IMG/VR virus record: IMGVR_UViG_3300042007_000202 | Location: 1-64,000 of that record | DNA length: 64,000 nt | Origin: a virus | Reading direction: 5' to 3' (one strand) | Part shown: piece by piece, positions 29,873 through 39,660 of the stretch | Layout: each line of letters begins with the position of its first letter | How positions within the stretch are numbered: the first letter of the stretch is position 1 | Notes under the pieces: generated by a model | The model's database searches: none | Told to the model about the DNA's origin: nothing | The model's input: only the letters and a program-made list of their open reading frames with translations | Position numbers and translations under genes: made by a program

Positions 29873-30511
29873 CTACCTCTCCTTGCGGCTCTGCCGCGTA
29901 CGAGCCTTCAAGACGGCCCGCTCGTGGCCCGCGTACCAATCCGGCCGGTAGCCGGGGTGGATGTCCGGGCGCGCCTCCGCCTCGGCCTCGTCCAGGGTGA
30001 CGGTGGCGTACCCCGTCACGGCGCGCTGAGCGCGGTCGGCGTACCGGTTCGCGCGGAAAAGCGTGAGGGCCCAGCCGTCATGGGGGAGCCCTTGCTCGAT
30101 GAGCCAGCTCTCGGTGATCTGACCCTCGTAGCGCTGGCCGGACATCCACGTGATCACCTGGCGCAGCGCCCGCATCGGTTCGCACCCCTGATGCATGGAC
30201 ACGTACCGGCACGCCTCCCTGACCAGGGCGTCTTTCCTGTCGGCCAGGGCCTCCAGCGCGGCTTCGGAGAGCCCCCTCGCCTGACGCTCTGCCTCCTTCT
30301 CCGCCAGCAGGCGCTGGATCTCCTGGTCAGCGAGCCGGGCGGCTTCGGCGCGCACGTTGTTGCGCAGCCCGGCCAGCTCCTCGCGCAGCCCGTTGATCTC
30401 CGCCTCGTACCTGGCCTTCTGCTCGGCCTTCTCGCCCTTCACCTTCTCTACGGCTTCCAGCGCCTCGGCCTCACGGCGGCGGGCGGCGGCTGCCGCCTGC
30501 TTCCCCTTCAC
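29873..30511 (-). CDS. Coiled-coil hypothetical protein
   Basis: E/A/R-rich helix; GTGA coupling. Confidence 0.7.
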   Translation of the reverse strand: MKGKQAAAAARRREAEALEAVEKVKGEKAEQKARYEAEINGLREELAGLRNNVRAEAARLADQEIQRLLAEKEAERQARGLSEAALEALADRKDALVREACRYVSMHQGCEPMRALRQVITWMSGQRYEGQITESWLIEQGLPHDGWALTLFRANRYADRAQRAVTGYATVTLDEAEAEARPDIHPGYRPDWYAGHERAVLKARTRQSRKER

Positions 30512-30771
30512 GCGTCCTCCCCCTCGGCTGTCGGTGCAGCGACTGCCCCCTGGTCCAGGCGCTCTGCGATAAGGGCCAGGGCTTTGGGGCCCACGCCACG
30601 CGCGTCCACGATCGCCCAACCGCGCTGCATGCCCGGCATGGGAATCGGCCGGTTGAACTCCTCTTGGAGGCGAGCAACGGTGGTGATGCCCTCGTCCCGA
30701 GCGAGCGCGCGCGCGATCTGCCTGGCGAAAGGGGTGTCGCCCAGAAAGGCGGCTACCTCGGTATGATCCAT
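30508..30771 (-). CDS. RNAP alpha-CTD-like/HhH small protein
   Basis: RAL...GITTV..L...ARGVGPKAL..I; RBS GAAAGGA. Confidence 0.6.
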   Translation of the reverse strand: MDHTEVAAFLGDTPFARQIARALARDEGITTVARLQEEFNRPIPMPGMQRGWAIVDARGVGPKALALIAERLDQGAVAAPTAEGEDA

Positions 30772-31059
30772 TTGTCCTTTTCGATTCATGCGGTGTTGTT
30801 CGTCCCCCGGTGCACGGGACAGTACTGGCGGCCCCATCCGGCCTGGGGTGGGCGCCGGGTCCAACCGGCCTGGCCCATCAGGTCCGCTAGCCGTTCCTCT
30901 TCCATGCGGTAAGGCGCCTGAAATATGTTGCGGCACCCATAACGGACACATCGGTACACCGACGGCCTCTTCTTCAGATACGCCAAGCAGACCCCCGCCC
31001 CTTTCCCGCGCCCCCAGGGAATCTCGGAGGAAACTTAATACGTTTCCTCCGAGCCCAGG

Positions 31060-31701
31060 TCAGGGGCTGTGAGTCTGGCCTATTCCGTGTCCCTTTTGAC
31101 CTGGATTGGCGGCAGGCTTTCCAGGCTTCGCACCTCGCTGGTGCCCGCACCTCCGGCCCATCCGGGCCGCCTTCAAGGTCACGCTGCGCTCCCTCCGGCA
31201 CCACCGGTTCCGGCACCGGCACCGCCACGGCGCGCCCACCGTGCCGGGGTACGGCTCCTCCGGCTCGTACCCGTACTCCCGCATCTCCTCAGCGGCCTCC
31301 AGCGGATCCATCACCGGCGCGGCGGGCGGCCGGTGCCCGCACAGCTTCCCCTGCCGCACATCGCCCAGGTGGCGCCGCTTGATCTGCCCGCACTCCACGC
31401 ACCGCAGCGACAGCACGGTGAAGGCCCGGCCGTCCCAGCCGTCCACCAGCTCAAACCCTGCCTCCGCCAGCTCCTTGCGGACCTCGTCCTCCGAGGGGCT
31501 GGGGGCCCTCAGGTGGTGGCACCGGCGCCCCTGCCGGATGTTCGTCAGGCGCAGCGTCCGGGGCTGCCCGCATTCCACGCAGCGCATCTTCCAGAGCGCC
31601 GACGCCTTGCCGGGGTACGGCTCCCCCGGCTCGTACCCGGCGGCCCGCGCCTCCGCTACCGCCTGCTCCGCCGTCACCGGCGGGGTCCTCTTGCGCTTCA
31701 T
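31060..31701 (-). CDS. Triple Zn-ribbon repeat protein
   Basis: Three repeats of G(Y/F)E...(Y/W).G......RC..C......L...R.G..C.H. Confidence 0.8.
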   Translation of the reverse strand: MKRKRTPPVTAEQAVAEARAAGYEPGEPYPGKASALWKMRCVECGQPRTLRLTNIRQGRRCHHLRAPSPSEDEVRKELAEAGFELVDGWDGRAFTVLSLRCVECGQIKRRHLGDVRQGKLCGHRPPAAPVMDPLEAAEEMREYGYEPEEPYPGTVGAPWRCRCRNRWCRRERSVTLKAARMGRRCGHQRGAKPGKPAANPGQKGHGIGQTHSP

Positions 31702-32006
31702 CGGGAGACCTCTTCTCGCGACTCGTCCGCCAGCACCCGGGCCGCCTCTCCGGCCCTCTCCGGCGCCAGGTCGACCAGCCCCAGCACGTACTGGCAGAGC
31801 TGCGCTTCGGTGAAGCTGTAGCGGTAGCCGGGGTGCTGGTAGGTGGGGTCTTCCACGAGCGCGCACACCGTGAAGGTGGTGCGGTAGCAGCCGTCCCCGA
31901 CGTCGTACTTCACGGTCCAGTCGGGCAGCACCCGCCCGTGGCGTTCCCAGTCCTCCATGACCGCGACGATCTTGTCCCGCCCTGCCGGGCCCAATGCTTC
32001 AGTCAC
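31698..32006 (-). CDS. Hypothetical protein
   Basis: Coupled ORF. Confidence 0.6.
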   Translation of the reverse strand: MTEALGPAGRDKIVAVMEDWERHGRVLPDWTVKYDVGDGCYRTTFTVCALVEDPTYQHPGYRYSFTEAQLCQYVLGLVDLAPERAGEAARVLADESREEVSR

Positions 32007-32292
32007 TGCCCCACTCCTCCGGGTAGTGCTCCTGCCACCAGCCGAGAACGAACTCGTCGGCCGCGCCTTCCTTGTCGCTCTCCTCCTGCTGGTCCCACCC
32101 CTTGAGCAGGCACAGGGCGATGCGCAGCCCGGCCATGCAGCCTTCGGCGTGCATCAGGGCCGCGCGCTGCTCGGGCATGTTGATCAGCTTGTCGCGGGCG
32201 CGGTAGAGCCTGGCCGCTTCCTCTGCGATCCTCCCCACCGCCTCTTCCACAGTCTCCGGCGGCACGTCTGTGACCGCCTCCCGGTCGGTCAC
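31999..32292 (-). CDS. Hypothetical protein
   Basis: Coupled ORF. Confidence 0.6.
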   Translation of the reverse strand: MTDREAVTDVPPETVEEAVGRIAEEAARLYRARDKLINMPEQRAALMHAEGCMAGLRIALCLLKGWDQQEESDKEGAADEFVLGWWQEHYPEEWGSD

Positions 32293-33125
32293 TGTTCCCT
32301 CCCGGCTTGCCAGCGCTCAAGGGCTTCCTTGTCGATCCGGCCGTCCAGACCCATGAGCTGGTCCAGCCGTTCGCGGGCGGCCACGTCGTTGCGGGCGATG
32401 TCCAGCCCGTCGGGCCGGGGGTGCTCCCAGCCCTCCCACTCCACCAGCGTCGGGTAGGAGTCGGGCCCGGCCGCCAGGAACTCGCTGAACTGGTCGTCGC
32501 ACCACGGTGGCACCCACGCCCCCGACCGGCACACGTACACCGCGTCGTACCAGACGTCGGGGTTGGTGCCGTCGTCCACGCGCCGGTCCACGGGGACCAG
32601 CGGCTCCGGCTCCACCCGGCCCACCGCCTGACGCCAGGCCGGGTATGTCACCTCCAGGCGGGAGCCGTGCCCGTAGTGGACCAGCATCCAGTCCTCACAG
32701 GACACCCGGCCGGTCTTCTTCCACTCCTCATACGAGCGGGTCTTGTTGTAGCCGGAGTCGTGGTGGGCGTCCCACAGGGACACGGTGTGCCAGTGGTTGA
32801 CGCCGTACTCCTCATCCAGCCCCAGCGACGACGGCAGGATGTTCCCGGCGTGCAGGTTGCTGTCGCCGTATAGGACGCTGACGCCGTCCTCGTTGAACCG
32901 GAAGCGGTCCCAGAACCCCTCGTAGCCCTCGCAGCGGGGCAGCTCCATGCCGTGACGCAGGAACGCCGACGCCCGGCCGCCCCAGCACACGGCGCTCAGG
33001 TAGAACGGGGCCTCCCTGTGGTCCCAGAGGTACATGAGCGAATCCGGGCCCGGCTCGGCCCGCATCGCGGGGTTGGGGAAGAAGAAGTCCCAGTCCACCA
33101 CCAGCAGCTTCAGCTCAGCGCTCAT
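32289..33125 (-). CDS. Arginase/deacetylase-fold (UPF0489-like) metallohydrolase
   Basis: VVDWDFF, DAHHD.GY, CEDW, VCRS.AW.P. Confidence 0.65.
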   Translation of the reverse strand: MSAELKLLVVDWDFFFPNPAMRAEPGPDSLMYLWDHREAPFYLSAVCWGGRASAFLRHGMELPRCEGYEGFWDRFRFNEDGVSVLYGDSNLHAGNILPSSLGLDEEYGVNHWHTVSLWDAHHDSGYNKTRSYEEWKKTGRVSCEDWMLVHYGHGSRLEVTYPAWRQAVGRVEPEPLVPVDRRVDDGTNPDVWYDAVYVCRSGAWVPPWCDDQFSEFLAAGPDSYPTLVEWEGWEHPRPDGLDIARNDVAARERLDQLMGLDGRIDKEALERWQAGREQ

Positions 33126-33369
33126 CGCTGCCCCCTTCCCGGCGACTCTCCGCGCCCGTCAGCAAGTCGAGCACGAGCAGCGGCCACAGCGCCACGGCCA
33201 GCAGCAGCACAGGGGTCATGACAGCGGCGAAGACGACCGGGCGGAAGCGGGGGTCCGGCTTGATGGCGTATCGGTATGCCCCGGCCAGGCCGTCGGGGAA
33301 GGTGAAGCCGATGACGGCCATGCCCACGGCCAGCCAAGCCAGGCCCCCCAGTGCGATCGTGACGGTCAC
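33115..33369 (-). CDS. Small 2-TM membrane protein
   Basis: Two hydrophobic segments. Confidence 0.55.
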   Translation of the reverse strand: MTVTIALGGLAWLAVGMAVIGFTFPDGLAGAYRYAIKPDPRFRPVVFAAVMTPVLLLAVALWPLLVLDLLTGAESRREGGSDER

Positions 33370-33644
33370 TTCTGCTCCGCCTTCCAGTTGGCCTGCATCG
33401 GCAGGTTCAGTTCCATGTGCCACGCTCCGTGTCCCACCGGCCCTCGCAGGCCGGGCAGTCCCTCACCGGCATTTCAGTGGTGTGCGCGCCGGGGTCGTTG
33501 GTGTGTCCGTCTGCGCCGACCATGTGCGTTCCGCCGCCCCGGAACAGCCCCTGGGCGAACTCGTCTGCGTTCATCGCTGCCGCCCCCTGGCGCCCCGCCC
33601 GGCCGCAAGGGCGGTGCCGGGCCGGGGGGCCGTCTGCGTCTTGG

Positions 33645-34187
33645 TCACTGGCCCTTCCCCCGCTCCGCGTACCAGATCATCTGCATGACGCGGAGGATGG
33701 CGTCCTCGGCCTGGTCGTCCTGCACCAGGTCTCGAAGCGTCCGCTTCCACGTCGGGTCCAGGTCCTCAAGGAACGCCTCGCTCAGCGGGGGCACGTCGGC
33801 CAGGAACTTGAGCGCCTTCTCGCGCCGCTCCTCGGGCGTGAGCTGGGGCAGCGTGTACTCCCGGCCGCCGTCGTTGTACGGCTCCTTGATGACGGCGCCG
33901 CCGGGCGACAGGCGCCACACCTCCTCGGGCTCGTCTCCGGGCTCGGGGCGGGGCTCTCCGGCCTTGCGGCGCCACACCAGCAGGTAGCCGGTCATGTCGG
34001 CCTCCGGGAACGCCACCTCGGGGCGGGGCGTGGCGGAGGTGTCCTCGTGCACGAAGAAGGTGCCGGAGGACTGCTTGCGGGCGCGGAGCTGGAGCGCGAC
34101 GCTGGCCCGCTCCACGGAGGGGAACGCCTCCAGGGCGCCCACCGTCTCGGTGTTCCTGTTGTAGTGGTGGACGGCGTAGATGGTCAT
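33645..34187 (-). CDS. Hypothetical protein
   Basis: RBS AAGGAG. Confidence 0.7.
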   Translation of the reverse strand: MTIYAVHHYNRNTETVGALEAFPSVERASVALQLRARKQSSGTFFVHEDTSATPRPEVAFPEADMTGYLLVWRRKAGEPRPEPGDEPEEVWRLSPGGAVIKEPYNDGGREYTLPQLTPEERREKALKFLADVPPLSEAFLEDLDPTWKRTLRDLVQDDQAEDAILRVMQMIWYAERGKGQ

Positions 34188-34199
34188 GCGGGCGGCTCC

Positions 34200-34733
34200 T
34201 TACGGGTAGCTGCGCAGTTCGGCTTCGGCTTGCAGGTCTTCGTTGGTGTCACCCAGCCACGCGGATGCGTGGAAGGTGCGCGGGTCGCTCTCGTGGAACG
34301 GGATGTAGTCGTCGTCGCCGTGCAGGCGGTAGGCGTGCGCGCCGGGGGTGTCGTGGCCGGGGCCGGGCTCGCCGTCCGGGTACGGCTCGTCCAGTTGGCA
34401 CATCTTCACGTCGCCGGTGCGGCGGAGGCTGCCCCAGGGGCAGACGTGGCCGGAGACGGCGAACATGGGCTTGTCTGTGGGTGAGCCGTCGGGGTAGTGG
34501 TAGACGGGTGTCTCGGGCATGTCGGGCGCGGCCAGCCGCAGCGCCGCCAGCACCCGCCGGACCACCTCGTTGCACTTCTCCGTGTCGTGGTCGACGACGG
34601 CGGTGACGTTGATGGCGGCCTGCTTGATCAGGTGCTCGGGGACCCGCGCCAGCCTCTCCGGCTGCGTGAACTCCTCCGGCGGCTGGGGCGTCCCGTGCGG
34701 GCAGCGCTCCGCGATATGAAAGTGCGGTGTCAT
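34200..34733 (-). CDS. Hypothetical protein
   Basis: Coupled ORF. Confidence 0.65.
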   Translation of the reverse strand: MTPHFHIAERCPHGTPQPPEEFTQPERLARVPEHLIKQAAINVTAVVDHDTEKCNEVVRRVLAALRLAAPDMPETPVYHYPDGSPTDKPMFAVSGHVCPWGSLRRTGDVKMCQLDEPYPDGEPGPGHDTPGAHAYRLHGDDDYIPFHESDPRTFHASAWLGDTNEDLQAEAELRSYP

Positions 34734-35278
34734 GAGGGCTCCTGTGCGTCTTGCTGGGGCCACGGCAGGCCCTTCTGGAGGGCGGCGTATGCCTCCGCCC
34801 TGAAACGCTCCCACTGCGCCGTGTGGAGCGTCCTGAGCATGTGGTCGGCGGCGGTCGCCGCCTGCATCCACAGGATGTCGTCCTGGTGCTTGTCGTTACA
34901 CTCCCTCAGCGCGAGGACCTTACGGGCGGACATGAAGTACGTGGTGCGGGCCTGGGCGCCGCCGATCGGCTGGCCCAGCTCCTTCCACTGGAAGGCCTCC
35001 ATGCCTTCGACCAGCCCGTCCATCTCCATCGCCGCCAGGAGCCGTTCCGTGGCCGCGTAATCGATCACGGAACGGGCCCAGGTGACGGCTTCGTTCCTGC
35101 GCTGGCCGGTGGGCTGCACTCCGTACAGGCGGGCCGCAGCGATCAGCAGGTGGGCGCGGGTCATGGGGGCGGGTGCGCTGTCCAGGATGGTCAGGATCTG
35201 CCCCTTGGTCGGCACGGGCTTGTCCGCGTGGATGGGGGCGGGGTCCCCGGCGAGGGGGTACCGGCGGGCCCGGCTCAC
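34730..35278 (-). CDS. Hypothetical protein
   Basis: Coupled ORF; contains a family A site. Confidence 0.65.
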   Translation of the reverse strand: MSRARRYPLAGDPAPIHADKPVPTKGQILTILDSAPAPMTRAHLLIAAARLYGVQPTGQRRNEAVTWARSVIDYAATERLLAAMEMDGLVEGMEAFQWKELGQPIGGAQARTTYFMSARKVLALRECNDKHQDDILWMQAATAADHMLRTLHTAQWERFRAEAYAALQKGLPWPQQDAQEPS

Positions 35279-35625
35279 CGCTCCGCCTCCCGGAACGCGT
35301 TGTTCAGCGCGGTCACGAGCTTCTCCGAGCGTTCCACCAGCCACTCCGGGGCGCCGTCTTCCACGGTCAGCGGGCCGGACAGCAGGACGTTCCCGTGGCG
35401 GGTGCCGGGCTGGCGGTCGGACTTGCGCAACCACACGCCGTCCACGGCGGCGGCGCGCACGGACCAGTGGCCGTCGCACCCGCGCAGGGTGACCAGGGCG
35501 TAGTGCGCGGCCAGGTCGCGGGGGTTGCTCCTGCCGACTTCCCTGACCGGCTCGGCGCCTTCCGGCGGCACGATCCCCTGCATGAGTTCGCCGTCGCGCC
35601 ACACGGCGCTCTCGCTGCCGCTCAC
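35275..35625 (-). CDS. Hypothetical protein
   Basis: Coupled ORF. Confidence 0.6.
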   Translation of the reverse strand: MSGSESAVWRDGELMQGIVPPEGAEPVREVGRSNPRDLAAHYALVTLRGCDGHWSVRAAAVDGVWLRKSDRQPGTRHGNVLLSGPLTVEDGAPEWLVERSEKLVTALNNAFREAER

Positions 35626-36152
35626 CGTCCCCGCCTCTCTTCCGCGCGGGCGCGGCCTTCACCCACGAGGACGCCGGTGAGGAAGGCGATGCTGTCGTGC
35701 CACACCTGCTCGCGCTCCTGGGGGGTGAGCCCGTCGACCACCTCGGCCAGGCGGGCCGGGTCGCACACGGCGGCCAGGGCGCCGTCCGGCGCGACGGCCG
35801 CGTCCATGCGGAGGGACTTCAAGGCGCGCAGGGTCGGTTCGCTGACCACCTCAGCGACGGCGGGGGTGGCGGCTTCGGCCACGGCCGCCGCCGTCTCGCC
35901 GGGCATGGCGCCCTGGGCGTGCTGCTCGATGGAGGCGTACATCAGCCAGACGGACAGGGCCTGCTGCGCCAGGGGCGAGTACTGCGAGGCGATGGCGCAG
36001 TGGCGTTCCCTGCACGGCGCGCACAGGTTCCACGACGCGGCGAGCACCTTGGCCAGGTCGGGCGCCTTCTCCAGGATGGGGAAGGTGTCCAGCAGGTAGG
36101 AGGGCGGGGTGTGCGGCGCGCGCGGGCACGGGTTCTTCTCGGGGAGGTTCAC
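35622..36152 (-). CDS. Hypothetical protein
   Basis: Coupled ORF. Confidence 0.65.
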   Translation of the reverse strand: MNLPEKNPCPRAPHTPPSYLLDTFPILEKAPDLAKVLAASWNLCAPCRERHCAIASQYSPLAQQALSVWLMYASIEQHAQGAMPGETAAAVAEAATPAVAEVVSEPTLRALKSLRMDAAVAPDGALAAVCDPARLAEVVDGLTPQEREQVWHDSIAFLTGVLVGEGRARAEERRGR

Positions 36153-36754
36153 CGGTCGCCTCCCTGGACGGTACGGATGATCTCGGGCAGGGAAGCGTTG
36201 ATGGCGGCGGCCGTCAGTTCCACGGAGTGCAGGGCGTCATCCACCAGCGCGCGGCCGGTGGGCTTGCCGGGCGTGACGAGCGTGATCTGCGGGATGTGGC
36301 GGATGGTCGCCACGGTGGTGACGACCGGGCGGTCCGGCCGGACGCGGGGCTGCTGGAGGTAGGCGTAGTCGTCGCTCGACCAGTGGTGGTACGTGCCCCA
36401 GTCGTCGTACGTGTACGGGATCTTGGCGGCCAAGTCCCGATGCCGGAGCGGGAGTTCAACGGTGACCACCAGCCGGTCGCCGTCTTCGTCGTACCCGAGG
36501 GTGATCTTGTTGATGTCCGGCCGGAACTCCACCAGGCTGGGCGAGCTGACCTCCACCGTGGCCACCTGCCACGCCTGGATGGCGAACGCGATGGGCTCCA
36601 GCGGCTTCTTCTCCGGCTGCTCCCACGGGTCTTGGAACGACGGCTCACGCGCGCCGACGTAACTCCCGTACCGGGAGTAGCCGTTACTGGCGTTCTCGGC
36701 GTCGTGCTTTCGGTCCACGTGGACGATGTAGTCCGGGCCCCACGGCGTACTCAC
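36149..36754 (-). CDS. Hypothetical protein
   Basis: RBS AGGAGGAAGG; GTG start. Confidence 0.7.
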   Translation of the reverse strand: MSTPWGPDYIVHVDRKHDAENASNGYSRYGSYVGAREPSFQDPWEQPEKKPLEPIAFAIQAWQVATVEVSSPSLVEFRPDINKITLGYDEDGDRLVVTVELPLRHRDLAAKIPYTYDDWGTYHHWSSDDYAYLQQPRVRPDRPVVTTVATIRHIPQITLVTPGKPTGRALVDDALHSVELTAAAINASLPEIIRTVQGGDR

Positions 36755-37173
36755 TGGCCTTCCTCCTGTGCGATGTAGCGGAGCCTCTTGTAGGCCCGGC
36801 GGGTGATGCGGTCGGCGTTGTCGGCCTGGGGGCCCAGGGCGGCGAGCAGCGCCCTGGCGTCCTCCGGGTTGATGGGTCCGGGGTTGGTGCGGTACTTGCG
36901 CGGCTGCCGGGCGGGGAGCGTGACCTTGGGGTGGTAGCACTTCTCCCGCCGCCCGCTCTCGCCGTACGGCACCTTCCAGGCCCGGTCCTTGTCGGCGCTG
37001 TACAGGCTGTTGAGGGTGACCGTGACCTCACGCCCGCACAGGCGGCACGTCGCCTCGAACCGCTCGTCATAGTGCTCCGGCACGCCGCTCTTGGGCTGGT
37101 ACTCGGAGCGGTCGACCAGCGCCTCCTTCTCCTCCTGCGTGAGCTTGGCGACTCCGCGCGGGCGCTCGTACAT
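36751..37173 (-). CDS. Single Zn-ribbon protein related to 31060..31701
   Basis: YQP...P......ATCRLCGR...VTL..L...C.H. Confidence 0.65.
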   Translation of the reverse strand: MYERPRGVAKLTQEEKEALVDRSEYQPKSGVPEHYDERFEATCRLCGREVTVTLNSLYSADKDRAWKVPYGESGRREKCYHPKVTLPARQPRKYRTNPGPINPEDARALLAALGPQADNADRITRRAYKRLRYIAQEEGQ

Positions 37174-37241
37174 GGGGGCCTCTCGATCTGCGTGGATGGG
37201 GCCGGGTGGGCCCCCGGCCACCCGGCCGGGGGCGGGGGTGG

Positions 37242-38594
37242 TCAGGGGCACTCGGTGCACCACCCGCCCGCCTTGCGGATCTTGCCCTCGTCGCTGAGGC
37301 GGTCCAGGTGGTGGAGGGTCTTGTGGGTCTTGCAGGCCAGGGCGTAGCGGCTGTCCTGGCGGACTACCTCCGCGCCCGCCTTGGGCTTGTCGTAGAGCAG
37401 CTCCCAGCCGTCCACCGACGACGCGCCCAGGGCCTCGCGGCGGCCGGTCCGGCGGGCGGGCTTGGCGTCGCCCTGCGGGGCCTTGGGCTCGCTGGCGGGG
37501 ACGGTCGGGGCCGGGGTCTGGGCGGGCGCCTGCTGGGGCGTCTCGGGGGCCGTGGCGACCGGCGCGGCGGGGATCTCGTCCACGGGGGTGAAGACGGCGA
37601 CGCCCACGCGGTCGGAGCGGATGCCCTTGTAGACCTCGTTGCGCTTGATGGTCGCCTTGACCGTGACGAGCTGGTTCTCCTCCAGGTCCCAGGCGGACTT
37701 GGAGCTGGTGTTGGTGACCCAGGTGATGCCGGTGTCGGCGCCCTGGCCCTCCACCTTGACGAACAGGTACTCGCCGTCGCAGCGGTTCTCGATCTTGACG
37801 ACCTTGCCGGAGATGGTCATCCGGGGGCCCTTGGCGCCCGGGGGGACCTCGGCGGCGTGGCGGGTGGCGGCGGCGCGCTCGGCCTGGGCTGCGGTGTCGT
37901 CGTTGCGGACCACGGCCCGCAGGTACGCGGTGGACTGGGCTTCGAGGCAGCTGCCGTAGCGGATGGAGCGGATCATTTCCTGGATGCGGGCGGAGTAGAG
38001 GTCGAACACTTCGGACTCGATGACGAACTGGGCCCAGTGGCGGCCGTCGTCCAGGACGGCGGTCTCGGCGAGGCGGTCGGAGCGGTGCCGGGGGGTCTGC
38101 GCGGCCTCCTCGGTGTCCTCGATCTGGACGTAGTAGTCCATTTCCTCCTTGCCGGAGGGGGTGAGCGCCTCGGCCCAGGCGACCAGCTCGGGGTTGGCGG
38201 TGCGCCACGCGGCGATCTCCGCCTCCCTCTTCTCGAAGGCCTTGCGCTGCTTGGTGGACTCGGCCTTCACGGAGCGGGCGATGTTCCGGAGCTTGGTCTC
38301 GAACTCCTCGCCGTCGCTCCAGTAGTCGGTGACGCCGTGGCCCGCGCACTCGTAGCAGATGCCGTTGTCGGGGCCGTAGCCGATGTTGCCGGAGCCGCCG
38401 CACTTCCAGCAGAGGCTGTACCACATGTCGTCCATGCGGGCGAACTGGCGGGTCTTGGTGTGGTGGGGGGCGGTCCACTTGTACTCGCGGATCTCGTCCA
38501 CGTGGACCCGGCCGGTCGACCAGCCCACCATCGTGAAGTTCTCGCCGGTCAGGACGGTGAAGGTGGTCTCGATGTCGGCGGCCTGGGCGGTCAT
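37242..38594 (-). CDS. Multidomain protein: CxxCxGxG Zn finger, OB-fold-like domain, shared C-terminal Zn module
   Basis: CWKCGGSG/CYECAGHG; C-terminus matches 141..959. Confidence 0.85.
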   Translation of the reverse strand: MTAQAADIETTFTVLTGENFTMVGWSTGRVHVDEIREYKWTAPHHTKTRQFARMDDMWYSLCWKCGGSGNIGYGPDNGICYECAGHGVTDYWSDGEEFETKLRNIARSVKAESTKQRKAFEKREAEIAAWRTANPELVAWAEALTPSGKEEMDYYVQIEDTEEAAQTPRHRSDRLAETAVLDDGRHWAQFVIESEVFDLYSARIQEMIRSIRYGSCLEAQSTAYLRAVVRNDDTAAQAERAAATRHAAEVPPGAKGPRMTISGKVVKIENRCDGEYLFVKVEGQGADTGITWVTNTSSKSAWDLEENQLVTVKATIKRNEVYKGIRSDRVGVAVFTPVDEIPAAPVATAPETPQQAPAQTPAPTVPASEPKAPQGDAKPARRTGRREALGASSVDGWELLYDKPKAGAEVVRQDSRYALACKTHKTLHHLDRLSDEGKIRKAGGWCTECP

Positions 38595-38642
38595 GGCGGG
38601 CTCCCCTGGTGGTTGGTGGTGGGGGCGGCGCCCCCTCTGCTG

Positions 38643-38693
38643 TGTGACACGAGATTATCACGGTCGGTCCGTGCGCACAAATCTCATGTCACA
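38643..38693 (-). promoter_or_regulatory. Family C promoter
   Basis: TGTGACATGAGAT TTGTGC-17-TAATCT CGTGTCACA on the minus strand. Confidence 0.8.
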
Positions 38694-38709
38694 TCTGAGT
38701 GCGTGAAGA

Positions 38710-38738
38710 GGGGCCGCCCGCTAGCTGCGGACGGCCCC
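38710..38738. terminator. Hairpin after the lipoprotein genes
   Basis: GGGGCCGCCCGC / GCGGACGGCCCC. Confidence 0.55.
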
Positions 38739-38747
38739 GGGCCCCGG

Positions 38748-39167
38748 TCAGTACGCGGTACTGCCCGCCGCCAGGCTCTGAATCGCGGCGGCCCGGTGCT
38801 CCGGGCAGTACGCCGTGATGGCCTTGATCACGATCTCCCTGGCGTCTTCGACCTTGGTGCCCCATTCCCAGCCGTTGGGGTAGAGGTCCCACCTGCCGCC
38901 GCCCTGGAGCATCCACGGAACTCCGTGCCCTTCGGCGGCGGAGGCGCACCACCGGGGCGGGAACTCAAGGATCTCCTCATCGGGGGGAGCCTTCTCCAGC
39001 CAGCTCGGCGTGCCCCTGACGGACGCCAGGAACTGTTCACCCGGGCTGACGCTCGGCGGCGGCGCGCTCTTCGGCGTGCTCTCCTGGCTGCCCGCGCCGG
39101 TTTCCCCGGAGCAGCCAGCCAGCAGCGCGACAGCGGCCAGCGCCGCCGCTATGGCCCGCGCCCCCAT
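38748..39167 (-). CDS. Lipoprotein, DUF732-like
   Basis: Lipobox LAGC; FLASVR...WC...A..AYCPE. Confidence 0.75.
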   Translation of the reverse strand: MGARAIAAALAAVALLAGCSGETGAGSQESTPKSAPPPSVSPGEQFLASVRGTPSWLEKAPPDEEILEFPPRWCASAAEGHGVPWMLQGGGRWDLYPNGWEWGTKVEDAREIVIKAITAYCPEHRAAAIQSLAAGSTAY

Positions 39168-39619
39168 CAGTACTTCCCGTTGCCGAGGATCTGGCCGGTC
39201 GCGTTGTAGACCGTGACCAGGCCGTTCTTGCTGGCGTTGCCCCGGCTCTTCTGGAACTCCGCGAACGACGAGGCCAGCAGGGTGGCGGACCCGGTGGCGT
39301 CGGTGTCCATCAGGTCGCCCTTGAAGTCCGTGTGGATGCTGGCCGTGTCCAGGATGTCGTTGTTGTCCTCGCCGCCCTGGATCTTCGTGACGTGCTTGAC
39401 GGCCGCCTGCTCCTGGGGGGTCCCGTTCTTGGCGACGTACGCCTTGAACTCCTCCACCACCGACACGGACGGCGCCTTGGAGGCGGCCTGCTTGGGTGAG
39501 CTGCTGGACGCCTGGTCCTTCTTGGTGGCCGTGCCGTTCTCGCAGGCGGCCAGGCCCAGGACCAGGGCGGCGGACGCGGTGAAGGCGACGGCCGCCGCGC
39601 GGATGGTCTTGCGGTTCAT
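39167..39619 (-). CDS. Lipoprotein
   Basis: Signal peptide with lipobox LAAC. Confidence 0.8.
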   Translation of the reverse strand: MNRKTIRAAAVAFTASAALVLGLAACENGTATKKDQASSSSPKQAASKAPSVSVVEEFKAYVAKNGTPQEQAAVKHVTKIQGGEDNNDILDTASIHTDFKGDLMDTDATGSATLLASSFAEFQKSRGNASKNGLVTVYNATGQILGNGKY

Positions 39620-39660
39620 GTGGAGGTCCCCCCATGTGCTGTGCGCTGATCGTGACGAGG

